IMG/VR virus record: IMGVR_UViG_3300030311_000011
Span: 1 to 34,516 of that record
Direction: 5' to 3' (one strand)
Length of the DNA stretch: 34,516 nt
From: a virus
Below the pieces are notes generated by a model, which was given only the letters and a program-made list of their open reading frames with translations, did not search any database and had not been told where the DNA came from. The position numbers were made by a program, and so were the translations under genes. This document shows positions 26,017 to 33,925 of the stretch, one piece after another (within the stretch, counting starts at the first letter, position 1; every line of letters starts with the position of its first letter).

Positions 26017-27006
26017 TCAAAAAAGCGTCAGTTGGGGGTTGTAGTTCGTGAATCGTTCGAGTAAAACCCGGAATGCAGTTGCCGCCACTGCAGGAACTTG
26101 CCCGTTGCCAATGGCTTTAAGTCGGTCCACTCTAGCGGCCACCCCATGAGCCACTCGACCCACGTCGGGTTCAGCTGACCACCACTCCCCGCAGTCATTT
26201 GTTTCCGCTCGTCCGGCGTGATAATTCCCTTGGCTTCCAGGGCTTTCATTTTCTGAAAAGCCCCACTTCCTCCGCACATGCCTTTTGTTCTTGGGGTAGG
26301 AAATCTGCTGGCTATAGTTCCCAAATTCGGGGACTTCCGATTGCCCTGGCTGGAGCCGCTGTCCTTCCAATCCCGTGAGGTTGGAGTCGGGAATTTTGCA
26401 ATCTGGTCGTTCAGGTTCCGGCTTCGGGCTGGGTCTTCCCATCTTCTGGCTTCTCCCGTCCTGAAATCCCTGGCTTGCGGGGTTGCAAATTTCATGGCCA
26501 GCCCCAGCGGCGGATTTGACAGCAAGTATCCACATGCGCTTTCTCTCATGCGGGGCGCCCACGTCGTCCGCTCCCAGCACCATCCATTCCGCATCGTACC
26601 CGATCGCGGCCAAGTCTCCAAGAACACATCCAAGCCCGCGAGAAGTGAGCATTGGGGAGTTCTCCACAAAGACATATTGAGGTCGTACCTCGCCAACAAT
26701 CCGGTGCATTTCCCGCCAGAGGCCGGAGCGGGCGCCGTCAATGCCGGCGCCTTTTCCTGCGGCTGAAATGTCCTGGCACGGGAAGCCTCCAGATACCACG
26801 TCAACAAGGCCGCGCCACGGTCGTCCGTCAAAGGTGCGTACGTCATCCCAAACCGGGAAAGGCGGGAGTAAGCCGTCATTTTGTCGGGCGAGCAGTACGC
26901 TTGCGGGATAGGGTTCAAGTTCGACAGCGCAAACGGTGCGGAATCCGAGCAGCTCGCTTCCAAGTATGCCTCCACCAGCGCCCGCGAAAAGAGCCAGCTC
27001 ATTCAC
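26017..27006 (-). CDS. dcm: DNA (cytosine-5)-methyltransferase (orphan phage Dcm)
   Basis: Ordered motifs are LFAGAGGG (I), GGFPCQDIS (IV), FVENSP (VI), HERKRMWILA (VIII) and AIGNGQVP (X). The ORF is open to ATG 27042, but GTG 27006 sits behind GGAGG and overlaps the upstream stop as GTGA. Confidence 0.85.
   Translation of the reverse strand: MNELALFAGAGGGILGSELLGFRTVCAVELEPYPASVLLARQNDGLLPPFPVWDDVRTFDGRPWRGLVDVVSGGFPCQDISAAGKGAGIDGARSGLWREMHRIVGEVRPQYVFVENSPMLTSRGLGCVLGDLAAIGYDAEWMVLGADDVGAPHERKRMWILAVKSAAGAGHEICNPASQGFQDGRSQKMGRPSPKPEPERPDCKIPDSNLTGLEGQRLQPGQSEVPEFGNYSQQISYPKNKRHVRRKWGFSENESPGSQGNYHAGRAETNDCGEWWSAEPDVGRVAHGVAARVDRLKAIGNGQVPAVAATAFRVLLERFTNYNPQLTLF
26028..27002 (-). other. 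full-length same-strand alternative-frame ORF (+1) superimposed on dcm; coding status unresolved
   Basis: 324 codons. The ATG lies directly after the upstream TGA (TGAATG). It contains three F-[AP]-T-P units and an LNPTWVEWLMGWPLEWTDLKP tail. See findings. Confidence 0.3.
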
Positions 27007-27344
27007 TCCCCCTCCTTTCTCGGCTCCCAGTAAACAGGCCATCCTTCATGGACGCAGGCTGCGCAGAACTTGTACTGCATTAGCTCATGTTTACAGTTCG
27101 AGCATCTCCTTCGCATAGGATGCACCCACACCCGGCACGCGGCCCGCTTCTGGCGGACGGTATGGATTTTCCCGGCAAGGTCCGTTGCCATTCTTAAGAT
27201 CCTTTTTTCAGAGGGCATCAAAAGGTAATATGGCTCTCCAAATTCATGAATGGCGTGTTGCCGGATTTTCTGAATGGTTTCCCTGACGGACTCCACGGAT
27301 TTTCCGCATTCGTAAAACGCTTTCTGTTCAGGCGTCATTTTCAT
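27003..27344 (-). CDS. hypothetical Cys-rich (zinc-finger-like) protein
   Basis: An internal ATG at 27344 (MKMTPEQKAFYECGKS...) gives 113 aa. The C-terminus reads CSNCKHELMQYKFCAAC. Confidence 0.5.
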   Translation of the reverse strand: MKMTPEQKAFYECGKSVESVRETIQKIRQHAIHEFGEPYYLLMPSEKRILRMATDLAGKIHTVRQKRAACRVWVHPMRRRCSNCKHELMQYKFCAACVHEGWPVYWEPRKEGE

Positions 27345-27480
27345 TTTCTTCCTTTCTTTGTAAAAGAACGACATTAACCGCTTGAAGAAGCCCTTTAACT
27401 TTACCAATCAAATAAAGGTAATACCCATACGCGGCGACGGTGGCTAAAAAAACTATAAGTTGCGCAATATCAAATATCAT
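27328..27480 (-). CDS. small single-TM protein
   Basis: 50 aa from ATG 27480 (MIFDIAQLIVFLATVAAYGYYLYLIG...), preceded by AGGAGGAAGCA. It lies below the ORF-track length cutoff when started at this ATG. Confidence 0.4.
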   Translation of the reverse strand: MIFDIAQLIVFLATVAAYGYYLYLIGKVKGLLQAVNVVLLQRKEENENDA

Positions 27481-27850
27481 TGCTTCCTCCTTTCTGCTCA
27501 ATCTCCCACGGCCATTGCTCCACCTCATCACAGTAAATGATGGAAGCGTCTCCTGCGTAGTCGCGAACGGTTATTTTGCATAAATCAAGGTCCTTAGAGA
27601 CAATCGTAACGGGATAAATACTGCTACTATATACGAGCTTGTCCCCCGGCCAGACCCTCATGATGGGAGGAAACAAAGAAACAAGCCTATCCATATCTTC
27701 AATGCACGCTTTCTTGGTTTTCCAAAAATGGGAACTCTGGAAGAAACAATTGTAGCAACCAGCAACCCAGTCGGTTGTTATTCCATGGACATCATATCCT
27801 CGAATGGGTTTCAACGGTACACCGCAAATAGGGCATTTAGGCGTTTTCAT
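27470..27850 (-). CDS. hypothetical zinc-ribbon protein
   Basis: The ATG at 27850 (MKTPKCPICGVPLKP...AGCYNC) is preceded by GGAGGG. The tracked N-terminal extension overlaps rusA. Confidence 0.5.
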   Translation of the reverse strand: MKTPKCPICGVPLKPIRGYDVHGITTDWVAGCYNCFFQSSHFWKTKKACIEDMDRLVSLFPPIMRVWPGDKLVYSSSIYPVTIVSKDLDLCKITVRDYAGDASIIYCDEVEQWPWEIEQKGGSNDI

Positions 27851-28235
27851 CGTCCCTCCTTTCAAACACGATTTCCACCTGTCCGGCGCGGCCCAAGTCA
27901 TGCACGCGGTCAATCCCCGCGCAGTCCAGCGTCCGGTCGTCAATGCCCAGGGCCTTGCAGGCTCCGTCCAGGTACGCCTTGCAGCGGGCAAGGCGGTTGT
28001 CCGCATCCGGTTTATTGCCCTTGTAAAACCAGATCACCCGGTAATGCGTCGGCATCATCCTGCGGCCATTCAGGGCTTCACAAGTCCGGCCCCAGGCTAT
28101 ATTCCGGGCACGGCTCTTGGCAGCCGTCTTCTTATAACCGGCCACAATGGCCCCCCTCTGCGTGAGGGGAGTCTTGGCGTTAGGCGAGAGTTCCCGCGGA
28201 GTGTGGGGCAAAGTAATGGTCAATGTGGTCATCAT
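27837..28235 (-). CDS. rusA: RusA-family Holliday junction resolvase
   Basis: 132 aa. LPHTPRELSPNAK... and PDADNRLARCKAYLDGACKALGIDDRTL form the RusA catalytic Asp pattern. Confidence 0.75.
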   Translation of the reverse strand: MMTTLTITLPHTPRELSPNAKTPLTQRGAIVAGYKKTAAKSRARNIAWGRTCEALNGRRMMPTHYRVIWFYKGNKPDADNRLARCKAYLDGACKALGIDDRTLDCAGIDRVHDLGRAGQVEIVFERRDDENA

Positions 28236-29362
28236 GCCTCACCTCCTTCCACTTCCTTCACGGATCCGTCAGAAACCTTCACTTCCGCGCATCCGGCCAG
28301 CGTCTTCCGCAGCCAGTTCTTGGACTCGGCCACCTTGGCGCCGGCATCCGCAGCCTTGCGCACGCCATGCACCAGCTTGTCAAGGTCGGTAATCCCTACC
28401 TTGCAGCAGCCTGTGAACGCAGCCGCCGTGATGCCGTCCGGGAATAAGCCGTTGAGGATTTGAAAGGCCGCAGCGGCATCCGTAATCGTAAACGCCTTCT
28501 TGCCGGGAGCCAGAACCAGACCGGGAATCTCCACCTCGGCTTTCAAATCCGCCTTCACCTTGGACTCCACGGAAGCCGCCCACCGCTTCGCCAGTTTGGC
28601 AAGATCGTAGGCTTCCCTCCGTTTTTCGGGAGACCATTCCTCCCAGGCTGCTGTCAAATCCCCGGACGTCACCTGCACCAAAGCCAGCTTCACCGCCGGG
28701 CAGGAAGACTGGGCCCGGCAATACCGGCAAGCCTTCTCGCTGGGCTTCAACGGGGCGTGCTCATCCTGTGCCTGCTCAATGCAGGCCCGGAAAAACGCCC
28801 GCGCCTGCTCCACGCTCTCGCGGGTGTACCCGCATACGGCAGGCTCCTTCCGGCTCGCGTAAGGCTGCAAAATGCACACAAACACCTCGTCTATATCCCC
28901 CTCGTCAAACATATCCATCACCAGCACAGCCAGGGCGCTCAACTGCAAATTGCACTCGGCAGCCGCCACGGGGAGACGGCCGAACTTGTAATCAACCACG
29001 AAAGCCTTGCGTACTCCCACGGCAACCAAATCCGGCTTGCCGGAGAACAGACGGTCGCCGCGCTCAAACAACCTGAGTTCCCGATAACGGATGTACGAGC
29101 ATCCCAGATACTTGTTGCACAGGGAGTCTTCCATCTCGCGGCACCAGGCTACGGCCTCCGCGTCCTCCGGATCCTCCGGCATCGTCCCCTGTTCCATGCA
29201 GGCGTGCAGCATCGTGCCCAGGGCGGCGTCCTCGCTCTCTTCATCCACGGGACACTTCTTCTCCGCCTGCCAGGACCCGGGGCAGAGGAAAAGCCGCTGC
29301 ATCCCGCTCGCGCTGGGCAGCCCCTGACGTTCATCCTTAATCATATCCATTGCGTCCATCAT
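28232..29362 (-). CDS. PD-(D/E)XK exonuclease, Cas4/DUF2800-like
   Basis: Motifs are LPSASGMQRLFLCPGSW (N-terminal), GKPDLVAV...FVVDYKFG (nuclease core) and the C-terminal CRYCRAQSSCP cysteine cluster. The ORF opens at TTG 29368; the first ATG is at 29362. Confidence 0.65.
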   Translation of the reverse strand: MMDAMDMIKDERQGLPSASGMQRLFLCPGSWQAEKKCPVDEESEDAALGTMLHACMEQGTMPEDPEDAEAVAWCREMEDSLCNKYLGCSYIRYRELRLFERGDRLFSGKPDLVAVGVRKAFVVDYKFGRLPVAAAECNLQLSALAVLVMDMFDEGDIDEVFVCILQPYASRKEPAVCGYTRESVEQARAFFRACIEQAQDEHAPLKPSEKACRYCRAQSSCPAVKLALVQVTSGDLTAAWEEWSPEKRREAYDLAKLAKRWAASVESKVKADLKAEVEIPGLVLAPGKKAFTITDAAAAFQILNGLFPDGITAAAFTGCCKVGITDLDKLVHGVRKAADAGAKVAESKNWLRKTLAGCAEVKVSDGSVKEVEGGEA

Positions 29363-29379
29363 CGTCAACAGGTCAGGGG

Positions 29380-30408
29380 TTAATGCTCAAAAGAACCAAA
29401 GGAAGGCACATCCTCCGGCACATCCAGCCCGGGAATACCGTCTACCGGCGCCGGAGCGGTTGCAGGCGGCGGGGCCTGCACCGTCCTGGCAGACGCCTTG
29501 GAAGCGGGAGCAGACGCAGGAGTCTTCGGCAGGGCAGGTTCCCTGGCGGGCTGGTCGTCATCCGGGAACACATCCTTCACCCGAACCATCCCGTCGGCAA
29601 TACTGTTAAACACCTTACCCAGCTTCACTACCTCCGGCATGGTCGTCTCCTCCAATTTGTGCCCCAAATTCGCCTCCAGCATCGCGCGGGAAACGCCGTA
29701 CTCCCGGAACTTCGCCTCCAAAGACCGGATAATATCCGCCAGAGGCCGGGAATCGCCATTCTCCAGCGTCTTCTTCGTCACTGCCAAAGCCTCCTCCGTC
29801 AGCCACCCGGGAAGAACCTGTAAAATGCAGGCGCGGATGCGGCGGGAAGCCATATTGGCACAAAGCTCGTAAATATCGCGCTCACTATCCAGCGGCACCC
29901 GCAACATCTTCCCCGTCTTCTTCCCTCTGGCATCAGTTTCAGCTTTATCTCGGGTATGAGGAACCGAAAAGGAAATCTCTCTCCTCACGTTGGTCTCCTT
30001 GTCAAAACAAAACGCCACACACTCGGAAACCATGCAGCCCTTGCCGTCCGTTCCCTTTGGATCCCAGTGCCGGGCAACCTCCTTCCATCCGGCCTCCGCA
30101 TTCCCCCAGGCCCCGATCAGCGCCTCCGCCAACCGGATGCTGGGTCCCTCCACCGTCGTTCCCCCGCGGGGAAAAGCATACGTGGCGGACTGCGCCAGCG
30201 TCAGCCGGGAACAAGCCTGGTTCATGCGGGCCGTCACTTCGGCCAAATCCCGCGGAAACTGCTTGGCAATCCAAATGGAGGCCAGCACGGAAGTAACGGC
30301 TGCATTGCTCGTCATGGCAGCCAGGGCCCCGCCTCCGGCGGAAGCCTGAACGGCAAACGGATTGCCCGGCGCTTGATTGGAAAGTTCGTTTGTAGTATTG
30401 GTATTCAC
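29380..30408 (-). CDS. single-strand annealing/recombination protein (RecT/Red-beta-like, tentative)
   Basis: 342 aa from GTG. GPSIRLAEALIGAWGNAEAG forms the core, with a Pro/Ala-rich C-terminal tail. It is paired with the exonuclease gene. Confidence 0.4.
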   Translation of the reverse strand: MNTNTTNELSNQAPGNPFAVQASAGGGALAAMTSNAAVTSVLASIWIAKQFPRDLAEVTARMNQACSRLTLAQSATYAFPRGGTTVEGPSIRLAEALIGAWGNAEAGWKEVARHWDPKGTDGKGCMVSECVAFCFDKETNVRREISFSVPHTRDKAETDARGKKTGKMLRVPLDSERDIYELCANMASRRIRACILQVLPGWLTEEALAVTKKTLENGDSRPLADIIRSLEAKFREYGVSRAMLEANLGHKLEETTMPEVVKLGKVFNSIADGMVRVKDVFPDDDQPAREPALPKTPASAPASKASARTVQAPPPATAPAPVDGIPGLDVPEDVPSFGSFEH

Positions 30409-30443
30409 GTTATTAGTATTCTATTGGTTAGCTATTGATAACA

Positions 30444-30474
30444 GGCCGGGGACCAGTTGGCGCTGGCCCCGGCC
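30444..30474 (-). terminator. GC-rich stem-loop between recombination genes
   Basis: The structure is GGCCGGGG-A-CCAG-TTGGCG-CTGG-CCCCGGCC (8 + 4 bp stem). There is no U tract. Confidence 0.35.
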
Positions 30475-30482
30475 AACTCATT

Positions 30483-31307
30483 TTATCGGTCAATTTCTCC
30501 GGTGAAGGCGGATTTCGTGCACATGCACACGGCACCACGGTGAATCCGGTTCTCCGGCAGCTCCATTGCCAGCTTGTCGGCAATATCCTTAATCGCGTTT
30601 CGCTCCGGGATATCCGCACGGATAAGCTGGTACACAAAAAACAGCTTCCCATCAGCCAGGCGCACACGCAGGCGCACCTTGATTTGATACGTGGTATCTC
30701 CTTCGGCTCCCCGGATAACCGGAATCGCAATCGTGAACTCCGTGGGAACATTCAATTCCCCGGACTTGGAATCCACCGTTTCGTTGTAGGTCAGCTTCGT
30801 TTCGCCGTCGGAAGCGCGGTAAGCGCTCTTGAACTCCACCTTGCGGTGCATATCGAACTTGCTCGCCAGCGTCAGCATTTCAGACGGGGTGGGCTCCATC
30901 ACGTCCTTACTGTTCTCTTCAAGGAATTCAACAAAATCCTTTTGAGACATAGCTTGTCCGTCGTATTTGGTCCAATTCTCCCATTCCACCGTCTTATTGA
31001 GCTGCATGGTGGCGTGATGATCACCCCATCCATTACCATCCTTGGAATAATAATTGAGCACGGCGTGTACATCTCTGTCGCTCACGTAAATCACGCTCCT
31101 GACGCCATTTTCGGCATCCTCCGCCTTCACGAAATCTGCCAGCGTTTCCAGATCCAGCAATTGGACTCCCCCTGACTTGCGCGGAGGCGTCAACGCCAGG
31201 CAATCCAGATGATAAAGGGTATATCCATCCGGCACGACGGCGGCACGGCCATTCGCCACTTCCTGCACGCGGACGGCTGCCAGAGTATCTTCATTCAAGT
31301 TATCCAT
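30483..31307 (-). CDS. DUF2303 (YfdQ)-like protein
   Basis: 274 aa with an ATG start. Size and general pattern (…[13 protein letters not shown]…) resemble prophage YfdQ-family proteins as I remember them. Confidence 0.4.
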   Translation of the reverse strand: MDNLNEDTLAAVRVQEVANGRAAVVPDGYTLYHLDCLALTPPRKSGGVQLLDLETLADFVKAEDAENGVRSVIYVSDRDVHAVLNYYSKDGNGWGDHHATMQLNKTVEWENWTKYDGQAMSQKDFVEFLEENSKDVMEPTPSEMLTLASKFDMHRKVEFKSAYRASDGETKLTYNETVDSKSGELNVPTEFTIAIPVIRGAEGDTTYQIKVRLRVRLADGKLFFVYQLIRADIPERNAIKDIADKLAMELPENRIHRGAVCMCTKSAFTGEIDR

Positions 31308-31355
31308 ATAATTTAATTCTATGATGTTTATATTGTTATAGGGTTGTTGGAGAAC

Positions 31356-31751
31356 TTAAGCCTGCTTCACCTTCCTGGGAGTATCGGCAGCATCAACATC
31401 GGCAGCAGCCGGGAATGTCACCTTCACAGGAGCATCCAGGTCCAGTTTCCCCTGGGCTGGGTCGTCCGTGTGCAGGGTGCCGGAGGTATCGGCAAACATA
31501 ATGCGCGGGGCAATCGTCGGATCCGGGATAGAAGCCGTAACCTTCGGCTCGATTACCACCTGATTCACGCCTCCCTTGCGCTTCACGTTCAGCTTAAGAG
31601 TCAGGGAACCATTATTCCCGGTTGCCAGCACGGCGGAAACAAGGCTGGTCATCTTGGTATCCAGGGCCTCCAAAAGAGCCCCTTCGTTAATTTCGGAAAG
31701 CCCTTCAAAAAAGACATCTCCGGGCACTTGTCGTTTAGTTACTTCACTCAT
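31356..31751 (-). CDS. hypothetical protein
   Basis: 131 aa with an ATG start. No family recognised. Confidence 0.5.
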   Translation of the reverse strand: MSEVTKRQVPGDVFFEGLSEINEGALLEALDTKMTSLVSAVLATGNNGSLTLKLNVKRKGGVNQVVIEPKVTASIPDPTIAPRIMFADTSGTLHTDDPAQGKLDLDAPVKVTFPAAADVDAADTPRKVKQA

Positions 31752-31794
31752 GATGTTATCTATTGGTTATTGCTTCCTCATGCCGTGAGGGCGG

Positions 31795-31814
31795 GACGGT
31801 TTGGAAAAACCGTC
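31795..31814 (-). terminator. perfect 8-bp stem-loop just after a stop codon
   Basis: GACGGTTT-GGAA-AAACCGTC begins 10 nt downstream of the stop at 31824. There is no U tract after it on the - strand. Confidence 0.3.
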
Positions 31815-31823
31815 AAAAGCTTT

Positions 31824-32093
31824 TCAGTTTTTCAAGGATTCGCGGTACTCGCGATTCTTTTCGTCGCAAAGCTCTTCAGCTTTCTCCAGGGCCTTGTCTC
31901 TGGTTACCCCGATGTGGTCGCCGAAGTAGATGGAGCATATATATTTATCGTTATTCTCACCTTCACGGCGAACATCAAAGCATCCACATGATTCATCAAC
32001 ATAGTAAGGGCATTCCAATTTAATTTTTTCTATTGGTTTAATCAAAACCAGCCTGGAAAAATCCACCTCCCCCCCATCCGCGGGGGTTTGCAA
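31824..32093 (-). CDS. hypothetical Cys-containing small protein (start uncertain)
   Basis: The ORF runs from TTG 32093 and overlaps the upstream gene by 56 nt. An in-frame TTG at 32045 would give 73 aa and an 8-nt overlap. Confidence 0.45.
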   Translation of the reverse strand: MQTPADGGEVDFSRLVLIKPIEKIKLECPYYVDESCGCFDVRREGENNDKYICSIYFGDHIGVTRDKALEKAEELCDEKNREYRESLKN

Positions 32094-32397
32094 TTTTATC
32101 TATCGTAATGAGTACTTGTCCATCGTGGCTTTCATCTTCTAGAACTTTGTAATCTATACCTTCGTCCAGCATGCCAGCCCATTTCCTCCCCTTGTAATCG
32201 GGCCTGACTATATCGCCCTTTCTGAATTTCCTCTTCGGGTCATATTGATTAACATCCCGTTCAAAGAAGTCATAACCGAAAAGAAATTTATGCCCTCCTT
32301 TTAGTTCTAAGGCTACGGATTTCAGTTTATCAAATACTTCACATATTGTGCCTTTGATTTGTACTTTTGTTCCAACAGTGCAATCTTTAAATTCCAT
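32038..32397 (-). CDS. hypothetical protein
   Basis: 119 aa with an ATG start. Beta-rich, with a WGGGGFF C-terminus. Confidence 0.5.
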   Translation of the reverse strand: MEFKDCTVGTKVQIKGTICEVFDKLKSVALELKGGHKFLFGYDFFERDVNQYDPKRKFRKGDIVRPDYKGRKWAGMLDEGIDYKVLEDESHDGQVLITIDKIANPRGWGGGGFFQAGFD

Positions 32398-32414
32398 TTT
32401 ATTTATTTTGTTAA

Positions 32415-32810
32415 TCAGTTAAAAAAGGTTTTAATCAGCAGGAAGAAGACAAATAAGATAAATCCTCCTGCCAAGACGATCAGAGACCACACAAAAAAGG
32501 CCATGAACTTTTCAAAGAGCCTTTCTATCCAGAAGGCTTTGGGCTTGGCATCATGTGTGTAGTTCCAGCTCCGTTCCGCGTCGTCCGGGATGCCGTTGAG
32601 GCGTTCCCTGGCGCACAAAGGACACAGAAACCGGGCGCAGAAGACGCCGTTCTGATGGTCCCCTACCAGGGACATCCATGAAGTCGAGGCTTTCAGCGGC
32701 TCGGCGCACATGTAACAGCGGGCCGTCTTGGACGGGTGCGGGTTGTCGGTGAGCGTTTCCACCATCCCCTTGTAGGGGCCCCGGTCGATCAGGTGTTGAT
32801 ACGTAGTCAT
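32415..32810 (-). CDS. hypothetical Cys-rich protein with C-terminal TM anchor
   Basis: 131 aa with an ATGA overlap at the upstream stop. It has CYMC...CPLC and a C-terminal FFVWSLIVLAGGFILFVFFLLI. Confidence 0.5.
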   Translation of the reverse strand: MTTYQHLIDRGPYKGMVETLTDNPHPSKTARCYMCAEPLKASTSWMSLVGDHQNGVFCARFLCPLCARERLNGIPDDAERSWNYTHDAKPKAFWIERLFEKFMAFFVWSLIVLAGGFILFVFFLLIKTFFN

Positions 32811-33118
32811 TTTCTGTTGTTGGTTAAGTATTTTTCCACGTCTTCCATGTTGTAAAGGGTTCCTTTTCCAACCCCTTCCAGCCTTCTTATGTTCTTCCCG
32901 GCCCGTGCGAGGATGTTGTCCATCTGACGGGACGAAATGTCATAGTAAATGGCTAATGTGGAGCTGCGTGCGTACTTTTTTTCGGTTGCTCCGAAAAGGG
33001 AAACGGAAGACGATTCCGGCGTAGAAGGAACAGGCGTGGTTGCCAGCTCCCGCAATACTCCGGCCAGCGTTTCCAGCGCGGTCGCAAGGGTGGTCATTGT
33101 TGTTTTGTTTTCGCTCAT
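32807..33118 (-). CDS. helix-turn-helix DNA-binding protein (excisionase/AlpA-like or early regulator)
   Basis: 103 aa. STLAIYYDISSRQMDNILARAGKNIRRLEGVGKGTLYNMEDVEKYL resembles the HTH_17/Xis-like fold. It is preceded by a 138-nt intergenic region. Confidence 0.45.
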   Translation of the reverse strand: MSENKTTMTTLATALETLAGVLRELATTPVPSTPESSSVSLFGATEKKYARSSTLAIYYDISSRQMDNILARAGKNIRRLEGVGKGTLYNMEDVEKYLTNNRK

Positions 33119-33256
33119 GTTCGTTCTTCTAAATTGGCCGCCCGGACGGGATTTTACGCCCCGCGCCTGCCAGACCGTATTTCTCTATCTACCGTTTTTT
33201 CGATTTGTGTTTTGGTTTTAGGCCCCACCTGGGCCGGGCGATTGGTTAAAAGTCGT

Positions 33257-33424
33257 TTAGTCGTCGTAGTGTCCGTCCGGGTTGTCGCACTGCGGGGCGT
33301 GGTCAAAATCCCACTCGTCAAGGGCCTGTTGCAGCTCCTCTATGAGGCCTATAGCTCTTCCGTAGGAGATGGCTTCTCCGTCCACCCGGATACACCGGTC
33401 TTCGTCGTCGTATTCAATGATCAT
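33257..33424 (-). CDS. small highly acidic protein (not in ORF track)
   Basis: 55 aa translated by hand: MIIEYDDEDRCIRVDGEAISYGRAIGLIEELQQALDEWDFDHAPQCDNPDGHYDD. There is an 11-nt overlap with the upstream ORF. Confidence 0.45.
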   Translation of the reverse strand: MIIEYDDEDRCIRVDGEAISYGRAIGLIEELQQALDEWDFDHAPQCDNPDGHYDD

Positions 33425-33686
33425 TGTTGCCGGAGGATTTAGATTTATTCACCAGCTCGGAAAACTCGTCTACTGGCTCGGAGGGCAATAATGCGCCGGG
33501 AATGGCTTCAAGGCTCAATCCTAAAAGCCTCCGGGCTCCGTAAATTCTCCCTGCGTATTTCATCCGGAAAATTTTATCTTCCGGGTCCGTAGAGAGATAA
33601 TACATTTGAACATCCTCCTTCGTTTCGAGCTTGAGAACCTTGTCCAGCTCTATGAGAAGTTCAACTATGTTTTTATCCTTATCCAT
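33414..33686 (-). CDS. hypothetical protein
   Basis: 90 aa. The ATG lies 2 nt after the upstream stop. Confidence 0.5.
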   Translation of the reverse strand: MDKDKNIVELLIELDKVLKLETKEDVQMYYLSTDPEDKIFRMKYAGRIYGARRLLGLSLEAIPGALLPSEPVDEFSELVNKSKSSGNNDH

Positions 33687-33688
33687 AT

Positions 33689-33925
33689 TTATCGGTTGGC
33701 AGTTTCGGTTTTCTTTACAGGTGGTTCACCACCTATAGATAAAAAAACTCCCTTCTTTTTGATTCTCTTTTTTAGAGGTGGTTCACCACCCGCGAGTAAA
33801 AAAACTACTTGCCCGGAAACTGATCTTTGTTCTTTCCGCGCAATCAATTTTATTTGCTCAAATAAGTCAATAGGGAGGTTAATTGTTATTTGCTTTTTCT
33901 CGTATTTCTCGGGCGATGTTTTCAT
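33689..33925 (-). CDS. ribbon-helix-helix (CopG/Arc-like) DNA-binding protein
   Basis: 78 aa. KKQITINLPIDLFEQIKLIARKEQRSVSGQVVFLL has a strand-helix-helix pattern. The C-terminal tail (GGEPP twice) is encoded by the inverted repeats. Confidence 0.55.
   Translation of the reverse strand: MKTSPEKYEKKQITINLPIDLFEQIKLIARKEQRSVSGQVVFLLAGGEPPLKKRIKKKGVFLSIGGEPPVKKTETANR
33720..33733. promoter_or_regulatory. inverted repeat GGTGGT-TC-ACCACC (operator candidate), copy 1
   Basis: The repeat lies 34 nt upstream of the ATG at 33686. It is part of a 31-nt direct repeat unit (AGGTGGTTCACCACC-N7-AAAAAAACT). Confidence 0.4.
33777..33790. promoter_or_regulatory. inverted repeat GGTGGT-TC-ACCACC (operator candidate), copy 2
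   Basis: The 14-mer is identical to copy 1 and lies 57 nt from it, with the same N7-AAAAAAACT extension. Confidence 0.4.
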
